This document shows, in pieces, positions 45,813 through 61,633 of a stretch of DNA of 64,000 nucleotides (the first letter of the stretch is position 1; each line of letters begins with the position of its first letter). The stretch lies in NCBI RefSeq assembly GCF_009914755.1, contig NC_060932.1; one strand, 5' to 3'. The translations under genes were made by a program, and so were the position numbers. The notes below the pieces were generated by a model. The model was not told the DNA's origin and did no database searches. It worked only from the letters and a program-made list of their open reading frames with translations. This DNA is from the human T2T-CHM13v2.0 reference genome, Homo sapiens.

Positions 45813-48800
45813 TTTAGATGATGGGACAAATGTACCCAAAGCCTTGGGGTTTGTTTCCTTATGAGTCATTTCATTTCACAGAGAGGAAAGTCTGCTCTCT
45901 GGCCAAAGACCACACCAGTAACCCTGGCCAGCAAATATGGCCGTCAAGGAGCTGGAGAAAAGAGATGAAAAACTCAAGTCACTATCACACTGACTTTAAA
46001 CGCAATTTAAAGCTTACCCCAAGCCAGCCCCCAAATGAATGTTTCATCTCCCCATATCATCGTAATTCCTTGAAGGGATTAGGAAAGAACACTCTCCAGC
46101 TCCACGATGTAATTCAGAATGACTTTGCAAGCTGCATTTATTTTTTCAATCATCACCTGCTATGGTGATACAAAAATATGGAAGCAAACGAAACACCTGA
46201 TTGAAATGGTGATAGAGTTCACACAGTGAAATATTATGCAGGCCCAAAAATGATCATTTTGAGTCCTCAAAAGTGATCAAAAGTAGCAGTGGGAAAGATG
46301 CTTATGTTATAATAAAAAGAAAGAAAAAGAAAAGAGAAGAATCTAAGGTGCTATGTCTTTATGATTCCAGCAATGAAAACTGCGCATCAGATAAATCAAA
46401 ATGGGTAGCTCTTAGGTAAAAGTGTTAGGTTGCCAGTGTTATTGATGGTTTATATCTATTTTCAAAATTTTCTAGGGTATTATATAATGTTTACAGTTTA
46501 AAAGTCAGGAGAAAATGACACATCTGTACAAAATCAGCCTGTTCTTCCAAGTGGCTGTGGCCAGACTGCCCCTCTAAGTGGTCCAGCTCTTTCTGTGGCT
46601 TCTCTGGTGATTAGGCTGAAAAGGCAGCCGGGTCGCCACAGACCCGGCAGAGCACCCCCAGGCTTAGACAACCACAGAACCCGAGCTGGGAGACTGGAAA
46701 CACTGGCAAGGGCACAGTCACATCCCAGCGCCCACCCTGCTTCCTATCAGCCCCCGTGCAGTTCAAGTCTGCCGCACAGAGACTGGCTCATGGAAGCTGG
46801 TGAGGCATTTCCATGTCTAAATCCACGTGGGCCTCTGATTTTTGGATTCACGTCATCCATGAATTGGCTGTGAGTCAGATATCAATGACCTGTCCAGGGC
46901 AACAGCCCTGTGGATGGTGGATGGTAAAGTCCCTGGGCTGCCAAGCCCCAGGCCTGGCTGGCTTCTTGCTGGCATCAGCTGATGCTGGAAACCGAGCTGG
47001 GGTCCCGATGACATCCCTTCGGGTGCTGTGAGGTTAGCTGCTCCCACAGCAGCCACCGAGAGAGAGGATTGCCAACTTTTCATGCGGTGTAACCTAAAGG
47101 AGGGGTAGCAGCTTCAACAGTTAGGCAGCCACTGTGACCTGGTTAAGGGTTATGGTCAGCACCTGAGTCATTGTTGTGATGCCTCCTAAGTAATAGCAGT
47201 GCCAGCTGCATGCAGCTCATGGCCTGCTTGCTCCCCACAGGCTGGGCTGCTAACGACCTCCCTTGCCTGCAGCTGGGGGGAATTGATGAGTAGGAGGCAC
47301 AAAAGGCGCCCAGCATTTCCTTCCCAAAGCTCTCAGTGGATGGGCAGGCACCTCCCTCGAGCCCTGAGAAAACCCCTCCACCACGGCTCCTCTGGCCTCT
47401 GCAAATGTCAGTTGCTCCCTTGTCTGATGGCCCCAAAGGGCAGGACCGGCCCCCATCACAGTTGCGTTTGGGTCAGAAGGAGAGATGGGTGCACACAGCT
47501 GACACTACAGTGGCTGTCTTATTTCTGCCGCCCGAGGCCCAGCACAGTGTCTGGCTTTCTGCACATCCCCGTAAGTAATGATTGACTAGTGACAGTTCCA
47601 ATTCCAGGAGACCCGAAGGCAGAGGGAATGCGGGAGAGGACTGACATGAAGTACCTTCTGGTATAGGGTGGTCAGAAGTGGAAAGCAAGGAAGAAGTGAA
47701 AAGCCACGGGTGGGGGCTGGAGCTACTGCGTGGACAGGAATGTGGCTCACCAAGAGGGGGCCAAGGAAGGTCCCACACATGATGGCTTCGCCATGGGGCC
47801 ATGTCTTCAGGCAAACTTGTGCCAGAGCCCCCTAGCGGAGGAAAGCTGTTCTGGATCCCAGGTTTTCTGAGGCCTACAGTCACCTAGCACGCGCCCCATG
47901 TGAGCACAGCTTGAGCTCACCCGTTCTTGGCTCTTGATCTACCCCCAGTAGCTGTGCATGTGTCTGCAAGCCACGGGTGATTTCCCAGCATGTGCTTAGC
48001 CTTCGCGCCGTGACACGCTTCTCTTGCCTTACAGTAGTGGCAGAGGCGGTGGTTAATGAAGACAGATGGAGGGTTCAGAGCACTGGCTTTGGGGTCAAAC
48101 AGTCCTGAGCCTGCACTTTGGCTCTAGTCCTTCCCAGCCCTGGGCCAGTGGGCAGGTTCCTGATGACATCACGGGGCTGTTGTGAGGACCACATGACTTT
48201 AGGTTTGAGAAGCACCCAAGGCCTGGTGATGACCCCCTACTTGACCAGTGTGCCTGATGTGCCACACAGAGCCACCAAAGGGTGCACTGGAAGGCCGTTG
48301 ACTCTACCCCCGATTAGCAGTGCTGGGCCCTGAACCCCAGAGAGAGGAAGTCACCCAGCCAGACAGCAAGGCCAGTGCTCACGTGTAGAAATGCTGGCTC
48401 GGGGAGAAAACTAGCTTGCCATGGGGTGACTGTCTTTAGCAATCTCTTCCCTGCTCTCCTGGCCTCAGGTTCCCCCTCCAGTCCTAATCCAGGTCACCAT
48501 CCTGCCTCACTGTCATCTGCACCCTAGGCCTGGCTGATCTTTGGCACCCACTGAGCTGTATGTTGACATGGACCCAGTAACCCCCAAACCCCCAAGCTGG
48601 TCCATTGGGACTTTCTGATTCGCCTCTTCTAAATTCCAAGTGCTTGGCCACTCCTTACCTGGACCTTTTATCTCCACTGGGTCCACTAAGCTCCTGTCTC
48701 TTCAAAGTTCTTTTAAAGCGTGACTTGCCTTGTTTTAAAAGCTCCCAAAAGCCCTCAGGGTGGGTGGTGTCTTCCCCTGCAGTTGGGGTGGTCATCCCTG

Positions 48801-51116
48801 CCTTTCTTGAGGGCCATGACAGGCCCGTCCCCTGGGAGGATCCATTAGTGACATCTACATGGTGGTCCAGGCCAGGGCCACTGCAAATCCAGGACCACTC
48901 CCAGGGGCAGGGTTTGCCAAGGTGGGAAGGTAGGACATTCTGCCTTATTCTTTTACAATCCTAGTCCATCGTCCTTCCAATTCTAACTAGTTGTCAAGCT
49001 GTCCTTCCTCCCTAGCCCGCTTCAGTTTCCTTCCCCACTTCACTCTTCCTCTGCCAAGGGTGTTGTTACTTGGCTCCTGGCCTTGTAAAATCACAGTGTA
49101 CATTTATACTGCATGTTGGAAAAAACATCAATGTCACAAGCTCAGTGATGCTTACACACTGCTCTGTCAGCAGATGGGACAGGCTACCTGCCTTTCTGAG
49201 ATTGTTCTTCCTCCTATTTGTTATTTTCCCTACCCGCACCTGAACCATTCACGATGGTTCTGCACCCATTGTCACAGGAAAGCAGAAAGAGAGACAAAAG
49301 AACTTTCCTGCTTTCAGCCCGTGATGCAGATCTTTCAGCCCGTGACTGAGAGATCTTGTTGAGTCAGTTTGGGCAACCGCGTCTCAAGTGGCCTCCCTGA
49401 GAGTCCCACCTGGGGGGCCCCAGAGTGGGAGGATGCATCCCTCAACCTGGGATGTGGCCTGGAATCTCTGAGAGGGGGCTTGGCCAGGGTCAGAGGCTGA
49501 CATGACATTCTAGCAGCCCCCTGCATGGACTGATGACAAAGACCAAATAGGCCACCCCAGAATTCCTGAGACTCATGAGGCTCCCAGAACTTAGACCCCA
49601 CCCTGGAGAAAGGTATGAAGACCCTGAATTGAGAGGTCAGTTTCCTCTCCCCAACAGAGATGTAGCTATTACCAGATAGCTTTTCTGTTTTTGCACACCA
49701 AGCTGTGGACTGAGATTCACACTCAACATACGTAAATCCAGTCTGTCAGTCATTCACCTGAGCCCACCCACACCCCTCCAGAGGCCAGGAACGCCCTCAT
49801 AGGAAGCCTAACCTGCCCTTCCACCTTCCATGAAACTAGTGCCATGGCCAACAGTTACAAGGATTCAGCACATTCTGTTGTTTTCTTTTTTTCTAAAAAA
49901 TGATAAATGAGCCAACTACATCTTTCTGAGTGTCTTCAGGCTGTGACCTTGGGAAGGCAAAAAGCCCTGGCATTGTCCTCCCCTAGGTCTGCAAATAGGA
50001 CATAAAACAGCTTCAAGCACATTCAAGGTCACCTTAAAGACACCCCACGATGTGGCAAAGAGACAGCTCCAGAGCCAGGCTGGTAACCTTCTGCGTGACC
50101 TCAGGAAAAGCACTCAGCTCTCCAGGTGTGCGGTGGGGAACCAGGATGAAGAGCCACGTGCACCTGGCACCTGGCCCAAAACCTGTTCTACCATCTGCCT
50201 CCCTGTTGGGCCCACTGTGGGAAGAGATTTGTCATGCCTGGCGGGGACAGGAGCAGGGCGAGAGGAAGATGGGGAGAGGTCTTATCGGAGGCAGGGACAT
50301 TAGGACTGGACCTCCAAGGATACATAGAAGCTCTCTGAAGGAGATGGGCATTTCAGGCAGGGAGTGGAGTTGGCAAAAGCTCTGAAGTGTCATGTGTGCC
50401 AGGGAGTCCTCAGGGACAGGACAGATGGGCCCAGCGTGCTTGGAGAAGAAAGGAGACCCAGACTGTCCACTCCCTGGAGGCCTCAATGGGAGACTTGGCC
50501 CTTGTTCTCAAACACAGAGGAGTTTATGGTGGCTTTACCCTGTGCGGTGATAGGGCCACATTTGAGTTTTAGAAAGACCTTGGCAGCCACACATGGGATG
50601 AATTGGAGCATCAGATTCTGAAGACAGAGAAATGAGCTCCAAGGATGCGGAACTGCCCAGTCTAGAAGGGGGAGGGCCTGAACGAAAGCAATGGAGCTTG
50701 GGAGCAAATTGGAGAAAGGAGAGAACAAGTGTTATTACAACTTTGCCCTCACTCAGGGACACCGGCCAGAGGCTACAGTTGGCCCTGCATTGAGTTATGA
50801 GTGTCCAGGTCACCCTCTGGCTTGGCAGGTCACCATGCTGTGCTCAGGGACAAGGGGTGGAGGGAGCGGGTGCTGTCTCCCTTCTCCAGGCCCATTCCAA
50901 GTAGAAAACAGAGATCTCTTGCTATTTGACAACAGAAAACTTTGTACAGTAGAAAGAATAGAAAGAACTTTGTGAAGGATGATACTCAAGTGACTAGATT
51001 TCTACAAAATAGATGAGGTTTAGGAAACTTTATGGCACAGAATTTATTTGTTCAGTTTTGCTGCAATAGTATTTGTCATGGTAGGTGGTTTTGCTGTTGT
51101 TTTTGATAAGCATGTA

Positions 51117-51320
51117 GATGTACCTGTATGTGTGCCTGTGTATCTTTGTGTGTTCCTCTGTGTCTAGGTATTTCTACATGTCTGTGCATGTGTGTATATG
51201 TGTGGGTGTCTGTGTGTTTCTGTGTGTATTCTTATGTGTATGTGTCTGTATCTATGTGTCTGTGTGCATGTATGTGTCTGTACGTGTCTCTGTGCATGTG
51301 TGTTTGTGTGTACATATGCT
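51117..51320. repeat. Degenerate (TG)n microsatellite
   Basis: Seen directly. Confidence 0.9.
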
Positions 51321-51815
51321 CTGTATCCATTACCCCCTTGCCTGAAACATGGCCACAGAGATGTCCTCATTTTGGTGTTTCTTGTCGTAAAATCCTTGAA
51401 ACAAAGTCCACATGGGCCACTTAGGCCAAACACCACATGCTGGAGAGCACCAGGGTGCCCAACACTAAATATGCAATCACCCTTATCAGGCCTCATCTCA
51501 AGGGTGGGGACAGGGGGCACACTCCTCAGTCGCTTAGACCGTCCTCAAACAGCAAGTCACCATATTGGAGACAGTTTTTGAGCACATGCTCCATGTAGCC
51601 TGAGCTAGTAGCCCCTCCCGCCTGCAATTAACTAAAAGTATTTAGCTACGAAGACTGATAAAAGATCTTAAACGCACGTCCCTGTGATGGCATTACACAC
51701 GGATAACCAGCTTCTGAAGGCGCCTACTTCTCCCCCTTCTGAAGGGCCTACTTCTTCTTCTGTGGCCCTTTCCTTGGCCACAAAGGGGTGTGGCTTTTGT
51801 GCAGGTGAATGGGAT

Positions 51816-52183
<368 letters not shown>

Positions 52184-52878
52184 TGAATGGGATCTTTCTA
52201 AAGCCAGGACCTAAGCTCCAAGAAAGGCTGGGGAGACTTTAGCCCCAGGGTAGATCCCTTCATCTCCCGGCCAGGAGCCTCTCTGGGGGTAGTTTTGATT
52301 CCCACTTGCTAGTTCCCACAGGACACTTGTCTGGGTGGCAACGTGGAGTGCCGGAACCTGGAAAGATGCACTTGACCAGCAGGGGAGGGTGGAAGATGGC
52401 CCCTTTCACTGCGAGCCCAGGGCAGCCAGCAGCCTCAGCAGAGGTGAGGCCCAGGCAAGAAAGAGGACAGACTGACCTCTTCCATCCTCCACACCTGCAC
52501 ATAGGAACCTCCAGTCTGGTGACCAAGAGAGCAGGTGTCTCCTTGCAAGTCTCAGCCCTCAGACCTTGCCAAGAAAGAGCACCCTTGCTTACTTCAGACA
52601 GCACACAGATCCCTGGTCCACGGCAGGAAATCACCCAGCCACATGCTCACACTGACCTGGTGGCAAAGGCCTCTCTGAAAAGGGTCACCCTGTATAAGGC
52701 TTGGGCACAGGATGGAGCAGAAAAAAATAGAGCATCTCACGTCCCACCTGACACAGGGGCAGGTGACAAAGCTGCACCTCTCCCTTTGGGAGTTACTAGT
52801 CGTCTGGGTGTGCCAGCACCCCCAGATCTTTCTGATCAGAGGAAACCAGATAAAAGCCATAAACGCACTTTGCAGAAG

Positions 52879-53278
52879 AGTGCCCACCTACACACAAGCT
52901 CCCATCCAAGATCAGGAGCTGACAGGCTACCAGGAGACTCATCAGAAGCCCAGGGGCTAGAAGGTCAGAACCAGCTTAATCTATTAAGTGCAGAACATCA
53001 AATGTCCTTTTAGATGCTACGTGTGGTTGTGTGCTTCACACATACACAAACATTCTCTGCACTTGAACAACCTCAAGCATCAGGGCCTCCTTCAGTTTTG
53101 CACCCCAGGTGTGTCTTTACCTCCCTCTGGTCCTGGCTCAGCATCCCAGGTATCAATCTGTGCAAAGAGGCCAGCAGAGAGTAGAGATGAGAAGGAGCCC
53201 AAGGGGACATCCTTGTATCCCATGGTTGTGGAAAACAGTAGCCGTTTTGCGAGTGGGGACTTGCGAACCCCACAGTGG
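52879..53278 (+). repeat. Copy A of an ancient ~400-bp local duplication
   Basis: Collinear with 57809-58204. Confidence 0.9.
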
Positions 53279-53540
53279 CTGGCAGCAGCTGGTGTAGGGA
53301 CATGACAGCCATGGGGACAGGTTCTCCATCCAGGCCCACAGGCCCACCCCCCTTCCCCTGCCACCGAGCACAAAGCAGGGTCACCCACCTGGGCCTCCGC
53401 TGTCAGGCTCGGGACTCAGGAGAGCCCAGGAGGCAAGTTATTCTCCACTTGTCCCCACTTGGCTGCAGGCAGGACCCTGATCTGCAGTGTGGCCTCAAGA
53501 CACTCGGCCTCCCCGTCAGTGATGCACTGGGGGCCAGCTT

Positions 53541-54721
<1,181 letters not shown>

Positions 54722-55015
54722 CTCTTCATCTACAAGATGCCTATCTTGACCTCACACTTCCCCCAGTGTGCTGGCAGGTGCCAGAGAGCCCATCAGATAG
54801 ACAGACAGACAGACACCACAAAGTAGAAATGATTCCTTTCCATGCTAATGTGTTAAAAAAAAAAAAAGAGAGAGAGTTTAGCCTTTCCCATAAAGCACCA
54901 AATAAAATCAAGAAAATGGGCTATGACTTTTGACCCTATTTTCGTGTGTAATACTTTTTAAAGGATCCTTTTATTTATTCAAATAAAATAGTAAATAAAA
55001 TTAAAAGTATCATTT

Positions 55016-55296
55016 AATTTTTAATTTTTTTCACTCTGTCGTCCAAGCTGGAGTGCAGCGGCAGTCTCAGCTCACTGCTGAGATCTCCTGGGTTCAAGCA
55101 ATTCTCCTGCCTCAGCCTTCTGAGTAGCTGGGATTACAGGTGCCTGCCACCATGCCCAGCTAATTTTTGTATTTTTGGTAGAGATGGGGTTTCACCATGT
55201 TGGCCAGGCTGGTCTCGAACCCCTGACCTCAAGCAATCCTCCCACCTTGGCCTCCCAAAGTGCTGGGATTACAGGTGTGAGCCACCACGCCTGGCC
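55016..55296 (-). mobile_element. Alu (AluS-type)
   Basis: Reverse dimer, TSD aaaagtat.atttaa. Confidence 0.95.
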
Positions 55297-55410
55297 AAAA
55301 TAAAAAGTATTATTTAACTTTATGTAAAAATCCAATTGCACCACAGAAATGGCAGGAATAAAAGAATCTTAAAATGAAATAATTTATATAAACTTTAACA
55401 TAAAAGGTAG

Positions 55411-56049
<639 letters not shown>

Positions 56050-56827
56050 CTAAGGTGGAATATGTGTAAAAATAAGCTATTTCTATAACTGTAATAGACT
56101 CACAGCTGGACATTTGACTGCAGGTTGGCTCCCTCAGTGAATTTTTCTGTTTTGTACACAGATAGGGAACTAATCCTTAGTGAGCACCCTCACTGTATAT
56201 CAGGCTCTTTCAGAAATGCTGTCCTGCTTGTATTTGTTTATATATTCATTTCCTAGTGTTTCCAGAAAAGATTTGAGACCGCTTATAAAAATACATACAA
56301 TACAACAGGATAGAAAAACAGATAAAGAAATTAGACCAAAGGGTAAGTTAGGGCAGAAAAAAAAATGTGTATAAAGCTGGTGCACAGAAATACAAACTGT
56401 GACATGCTGTCACCAAACTGCTAGTGGTTAGATGCAAATTGGGTTCTAAGTGTCCTGGAGTCCAAGCACAAAGAAGAAAATAATCAGTTTGAAGAGTCAC
56501 AGTGTCTGTAAGACATCCATTGCTCCAGAGAGGCATGGATTTCCTGGATCTGGAGTCTGAGAGTCATCCTCTCTGGGCTTCTCCTGTGGAGGTCCTGGGT
56601 GGAATGCGAACAGCTTAACGTCATCTCAGCAATAAATTCCACTGTGAGTTTCCAACCTCTGTTTCTTATGCAGCCTTCAGCACAAGCCACGGCAGTGTAC
56701 CCATGCCAAGAAAGAATGCCCACATCTGACTCAGGAAATGAGATTCTCTCAGGATCTCAAGCACTGTGAGATCCAAACACACAGCTCTTGGACTGACTAT
56801 CTGGATACAGGGGAAGTTCCCAAAATA

Positions 56828-57152
56828 TAGTTACGTATTGCTTCACTACAGGGATCTGTTCTGAAAAATGTGTCATTAGGTGATTTTGTTGTTCTGCGAA
56901 CATCGTATACAAAACTTAGATGGTAGAGCCTACTCCACCCCTAGGCTCTGTGGCATAGCCGGTTGCTTCTAGGCTACACACCTACACAGCCTGCGACTGT
57001 ACTAAATACTGCAGGCAGTAGTAACACAGTGGTGAATATTTGTGTCTCTAAACATAGAACAGGTACAGGCAAAATACAGTGTCTTCATCTTATGAGACCA
57101 CCATCATATATGTAGTCTGTGATTGACCGAAATCTTATGTGCCCTGTGACTG
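56828..57152. mobile_element. Tigger3a (MER7A)-like DNA transposon
   Basis: gttctgaaaaatgtgtcattaggtgatttt, tagatggtagagcctact, ctaggctac, gaccaccatcatatatg...gtgactg. Confidence 0.88.
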
Positions 57153-57808
57153 TGTCTAGGTTCATGGCTCTCAATCTTACTAAATTTACTTTCTCTTTTG
57201 AGAAACAACAACACCATGCTCTCCTTTGTGAGGTTTCAAAATGAATATTGGGCATAAAAGTAAATCAAAGAAGTTGTCATGTAAGATGTGTCTTTTTGAA
57301 GTACAAGGACCCCCTGGTGGTTCTGACATTGAGAATTGAGTGCACCCTGTAAGAAAAGTTGTGTGCTCCTCAGCTTCAACTCACCTAAAAATTAGGGCTT
57401 TGTAATTTAATTCTGTTAATCCTGTGATGTGCTATTATCAATGAATGAAGAAATAAGACTGAGAGGATATAATTAACCTACCCGAGACAGGTAAGGCTGC
57501 TCGTATACAGTGGGGTCAAACTATTATCATCTCAGGAAGGCACACAGTGACTTGCTCACATTGCCAGGGCTGAACCTTGCACTGGAGCCCTCTGGTTGAC
57601 AAGGCCAGCCGTCTAACCACTACACTGCAGGACGAGACCACTCAGATGTGGCTGCTTTGTCTGACTTCTATGTCCAAGTCCTTTCCACTTCCTCATATCC
57701 ACAACACGCTGAGAGAGAAAATTAAAGTATTCTTCCTAGATATTTGACTGTATGATTCCAAATATTTTGGGGTTCACAGACCCCTTTGGGAATCTGACAA
57801 AAACTGTA

Positions 57809-58204
57809 AGTACCCACCTACACAAAAGCTTGTTTACAAGTTCACGGAGCTCAGAGCACCAGGAAACTCATCAGGAATCCACAGACTCAATGCTCAGAAC
57901 CCACTTCATCCATTAAGCACAGAACCTCAAATGCCCTTATAGACACCACATGGCATTGTGCGTTTCACACATACACAAACTTTTCCTGCACTTGAACGAC
58001 CTGAGCATGGGAGCCTCCTTACATTTTGCATCCCAGGTGTGTCTTGTTTGCCTCCCACTGGTCCAGGTTCAGCATCCTAGGTGCCAAAGTGTGCAAAAAG
58101 GCCAGCAGCTAGTTGTGATGAGAAGGAACCTGAGAAAACTTCCTTGATTACAATGTGGAAAGCACCAGCGCTTTGATGAAGGGGTTGCACAAGCCCCACA
58201 GTGG
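57809..58204 (+). repeat. Copy B of the ancient ~400-bp local duplication
   Basis: Collinear with 52879-53278. Confidence 0.9.
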
Positions 58205-59680
58205 ACAAGGAGGAGCCTCGTCTATGTCTTGGGCTCTGGACCCCCATTCCGTGGTTCTGTTCAGTTCTCATGTCTGTGCTTGAGAGTGGGTGCAACTGCT
58301 CCCACTTCACACTCCCAGCTGGCAGGTGCAGAGCCAGACTGACCTGGCTGGCAGGAAGCCCCAATGCTTTCATCTATACCACACTGTCTTACAGGAAGTG
58401 GAATGTGCCAGAGGCCTCAGATGCCTCTTCTCTTTCTTCCAAGGGTCCTGTCAAAACCCCAGCATGCTGATGGCACTGGGGTGCACCACGATTAGGGATG
58501 ATCATTCAATTATCTTTGCTTTTCCTCTTTCAAGCTTTCATCCTCATGTCTTAACCTTGATTTTCATTTAAGGTTTTGCCCTTGTGTCTTTAACTCAAGA
58601 ACCACTTTACCAGATACCCCTGGTGGGCCAGGCACTGCGCTGGGTGCTGGGACCTGGAGGCACATGTAGGGCATGTCCTTGTCCTCAGGAGCTTTGGTCC
58701 AGAGAACCTGGCAGGCCTGCAAACCAGAGCCCTGGGTGTGTGCTGGTGGTTGCTGGGGACACACAAATGGGCTTGGGCACTGTGACTGGGAGGAGACACT
58801 CGCACCTGCCCTGGACGTCAGAGCAAATGCAAGTTGCCTAGGTGGGAAGGTGGGGAAGGGATTCAGGCAAGCAGGAGCACGCCAGGGAACATTCCACAAA
58901 TGGGAGGGCTGCTGTGGGGTAGCAGCAGGCTGGCAGTGGGGTAGCAGATGTGACAGGAAAGGCACTGCAGGCCCACATGTAATCACCAACTTTTAGCTGT
59001 GATTTTCCTGTAAGAGTTTTGTGATTGATTTCCATCTCAGTATGTTGAGATTTCCATCTACGTGCTGTCTTCCTGCGGCTTCATCATTTTTTCTTCCTCC
59101 TCACCTGCTTTGGAAGCTTTTCTCTAATCAGGCGCAGCATCACCTTTGAGTAGGGCTCACCTGCTCTGCTGGGCCTGCAAGAGGGGCCAGGTTTCTCTGT
59201 CTTGCTGTTACCTCTCTATACACGTGAACCCTGCAAGCCAGGATGCTGGCCACCGGTGGCCAGTCCCCAAGGCTGCAGACCCCAGGCTGCAGGTGGGCTC
59301 ACAAGGTCAGAATCCTCACTCAAATGGGATCTGGCCCTTTGAGTCCCCTCTCTACATCCTAGAGGCCACAGTTTACTCTCGAGGAAGGGCTGTCGAGCCC
59401 AGCTCACAGCCACTTGGCTGACCAGATTCTGTGGGGTGGTTGAGCCCAGAGGACGGCAGATTCCTGGCTGGAATTCTGTACTCCCCCAGGGGCCTGGGTC
59501 CTCATTCTCTCCATTCCTGGCTTTCTGCTTCCTTCCTGGAGAGGAGTCAGGTCTGGGTAGCTGGGCCTGTGCTTGGGGTGCCAGGAGCCTGCACCAGTGC
59601 AGTGAGCTTCGCTGGGCAGATGAGGGTGTATTCCATCCTGCAGCCCCTGCCACAGAGCAAAGGCTCAAAAATGCATGCTG

Positions 59681-59997
59681 GGCCAGTCACAGTGACTCAT
59701 GCCTGCAATCCCAGCACTGTGGGAGGCCAAAGTGGGAGGATGGCTTGAAGCCAGGGGTTGGAGATCAGCCCAGGCAACAAAGCGAGACCCCATCTCTTCA
59801 AAAAATAAGATTAAAAAATTAGCCAGATACAGTGGCGTACCTGTGGTCCCAGCTACTCAGGAGGCTGAGTTGGGAGGATCGCTTGAGCCCAGGAGGTCAG
59901 TGCTGCAGTGAGCGATGATCTCTTGCCACTGCACTCCAGCCTGGGCAACAGAGCAAGACCCCATCTCTGAAAAACAAAAAACATAAACGAAAAACAA
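59681..59997 (+). mobile_element. Alu (AluJ-type)
   Basis: Diverged full dimer. Confidence 0.95.
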
Positions 59998-60253
59998 CCC
60001 CCACAAAACCCATTGGACACCAACAACAACAATATAATCATCCATGAGAAATACTATGAAGAGAGGCAAATACAGAGCTATTCTGGAATCAGGTAGGGGT
60101 TGGGAGAGAGAATGATGGATGGTCAAAAATTCAAAAGGCCTGCTATATTCCAGAATGTTCAAAGAGAAGGTGTGATCACCAGGCCATGAACGCCAGTTTT
60201 CCCAAGAATGCTCAGGATTTGGCTACTCCTGCTCTGAGGAAGAATGAGTCTAA

Positions 60254-60880
60254 TTTTTTTTAACTCTTTATTTTGCAGTAATTTTAGATTTGGAGAAAAA
60301 TTACAAGGGATAGCACAGAGAATTTCCATATTTCCTTCACCAGGTTCTTCTAATGTGAACACCTTACGTAACCATGGTACATTTGCCAGAACTAAGGAGT
60401 AATTGTTACCACAATATTAGCGAGACCCCAGGTCTTGTTAAAATTTCACCTATTTTTCCACTAATGACCTTTGCGGTGTTGCTTTAGGATCCAATACAGG
60501 ATGCGAATTCTGGGTTTGGGTGTCCTGACCATCATGTCTCCTCTGATCTGTGACGCTTTGCCTGTCTTTCTTTGTTTTTCATGACCTTGACATTTTTGAA
60601 GGTGAAATATGTTGTGGAATCTTCCCCAGTTTGGATTTGTCTGATGTTTTCTCATGATTTGACTGGGGTTATGAGTTGGCGGGAAGAACCGCACTGTCGT
60701 GGCAGTTCACAATAGCAGCCCAGCTTATTCCCGGTGATGCTAAGCTTGGTCCCTTGGTGAAGCTGGCATCTGCAGGTTTCTCCTCTACAGAGCTACTATT
60801 TCTCCCTTTCCATACTCTTAGTCCAAACCTCACTCAAGGTGAGGGGAATTAAGTCCCACTCTCCCGAGGGAGGAGGATAT
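60254..60880 (-). mobile_element. Old L1M(C/B) 3' end, reverse
   Basis: tttattttgcagtaattttagatt..., taggatccaatacaggat, catgaccttgacatttttgaa, ggatttgtctgatgttttctcatgatt. Confidence 0.8.
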
Positions 60881-61633
60881 GCACATATCACAGCAATTTC
60901 TTCTCTGTTACTGCAAACGCACAATTCCTTAGTTCCTTGGTAATGTGGGTGGATGAGGGTGAACTTCATCCACCCGCATTACCAGATAAATGGAAACGTT
61001 GTCAAAACCTTACAATTTACACAAATCCTTTCAAAATATGTGATCAACTATGCTTTCCTTTTCACAGTTGGTGTTTCCTGGTGAAATAGATCTCTTAAAC
61101 AAGAAGATCATCATTACATCTATTCAGTTACCCCATTCCTGAATGCCTGAAAAATGGAACAACTTCATTCAGAAACAAACAAATAAAACGAAAGCAACAG
61201 TCATTTGCCTTGAGCCAGATGCTCCCCGCCTGTGACCACTAACCTCTGTCAGCTCTGCACAGTCAATATCACCTCCTATCAAGAGGCCGAGTGACTCGCC
61301 GGGAGCGCAGCAGTGGCCTGTGTGTGCCCGCTCAACCCCCTCTCTACATCCCACGTCCCTTCTCTCCTCTGTGGCACATTCACTGCCTTTTCCAAAAAGC
61401 AGAATCTACCCTGGATGGATGACCTTTTATAAATTAAAAATTCTCAAAACTGGAAATGCACAAACCATGGAGAAATCTATTCATAGCTGAGGCAGCGATC
61501 CATTCATGCCTCTTCCTCCGTCTGTGGCACCCACAGCAATGTCCTTGCTTGCTTGCCCCACTACAGGCCTTACAGCACCATTTGCACAATTTAAAGGAAG
61601 ACGATAAAGAACCCGGAAGACGCAGGGCCTCAC

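Noticed and set aside
37213-47578. Isolated + strand GTAAGT donors near 37216, 40597 and 47571
   Set aside because: No paired acceptor or other exon support found; expected by chance in 64 kb.
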